NCBI GenBank assembly: GCA_051453625.1
Contig: JBOZIK010000001.1
Coordinates: 37,396,496-37,434,503 of the forward strand
Source: Welwitschia mirabilis
Lineage: Eukaryota
Reading direction: 5' to 3'
DNA length: 38,008 nucleotides
Positions 37,128-38,008 of this stretch are shown here, in pieces. The position numbers were made by a program, and so were the translations under genes. The notes under the pieces are model-generated. The model saw only the letters and a list, made by a program, of their open reading frames with translations, searched no databases and had not been told where the DNA came from. Position 1 is the first letter of the stretch; every line of letters begins with the position of its first letter.

Positions 37128-38008
37128 TGTTGCAGTATGTATTTTTACAATTCTTTACATCTCATTAAATCTTGTGAATTAAAATAGATCTATTACAAAA
37201 TATAATACTCTAAGATAAATGGAAGTGACTCAAATGTTATAAAACTATTGAAGGCATGCAAGAGAAGAAGGAGAATTTATTTTCAAGAAAATATTATATC
37301 CTAACTTAAGAACAATGCAAGAAAATAAATATATAATGTAATGCAAATGCGACTTAACCTAGATGAATACTTATTCAATTACCAAATAAACTTGTTAGGA
37401 ATATTAGCCCTGTATAACCTAAATTAGCCAAGGAGAGTATCACTAACTGAGACCAACTTAAGCTATCAAGTGAGTTGAATAAAGTGCAATGCAAAATAGT
37501 TCTAAGCTATTATCGTTAACCTTAACAAAGGTTATCTTTAAGACCTATATCATTAATGAAACTATCACCAAATCAAGAAAAACATAAATCATAAGGAATA
37601 TTAATAAACTAAATGCATAAAAGAAAGCAGAGTTTATATTACAAATCAAACTAGCATCTAGGTTATAAAATAATTGCACCTCAATGGAGGATGCATAACC
37701 TAATACCAACGAAACATCTTTCTACAGCTCACAAGATGGATCTACTATCCTTTCATCTCCTATCATGCTAATTTTTTATGCAAATAAATATGATAATAGA
37801 GTTGAAGAAGGGATTTATTTATAGGGAAAAGAAGAAGAAACAATCATACAAAATGCGCTAAAAAAGCATACTCAAATCCAAGAAATAAATAGGTAAATAA
37901 GATAAAGATCAGTTGGCTATTTTAGATGTCATCCTGACTATCGTGAAGATCACCAAAGGGATGATGGTACATGCATAATATTTTTCATCTTGCATGTCAT
38001 GAGGATGA
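37128..38008 (-). repeat. 5' LTR of element E (truncated by the window end)
   Basis: Starts TGTTGCAG next to the PBS and is collinear with 27985-28860. Confidence 0.9.

Larger units (their letters stand above)
27985..38008 (-). mobile_element. Element E: near full-length Athila-like Gypsy element; 5' LTR runs off the window
   Basis: Two homologous LTRs (27985-29223 and 37128 onward), a PBS, gag-PR-RT-RH-INT on the minus strand and a long 3' UTR. Inserted within the RNase H TDH motif region of element C. Confidence 0.92.

Noticed and set aside
1..38008. Host genes, tRNA/rRNA, or a novel multi-gene system
   Set aside because: Nearly all sequence is accounted for by LTR retrotransposon parts. 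I recognised no intact ORF, exon chain or structured RNA gene, although content hidden in N gaps cannot be assessed.

Overview
Very AT-rich, gap-riddled plant-type genomic window (draft assembly, many N runs). It consists almost entirely of old, nested, degenerate LTR retrotransposons. I see no host gene, RNA gene or CRISPR array, and every coding remnant carries stops or frameshifts. Five elements can be resolved. (A) A + strand Ty1/Copia element of the Sirevirus/SIRE type (INT-RT-RH, PPT, 3' LTR; 1-5474) abuts the integrase tail of B. (B) A - strand Athila-like Ty3/Gypsy element spans 5475-12957; its 5' LTR (11398-12957) also appears to be the 3' LTR of C. (C) A second - strand Athila-like element (11398-27984) carries an accessory env-like ORF and is interrupted by D and E. 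(D) A complete, TSD-flanked - strand Sirevirus-like element (16297-24242) keeps gag, protease and an env-like ORF but has lost the integrase core, RT and most of RNase H through an in-frame deletion. (E) A third - strand Athila-like element runs from 27985 to beyond the window end. The most notable observations are the shared-LTR tandem, the pol-deleted non-autonomous Sirevirus, related accessory ORFs in both superfamilies, and family-specific arrays of CpG-decayed palindromes. I found no convincing new biological system beyond these transposon structures. All translations and alignments were done by eye, so the boundaries of degenerate ORFs are approximate.
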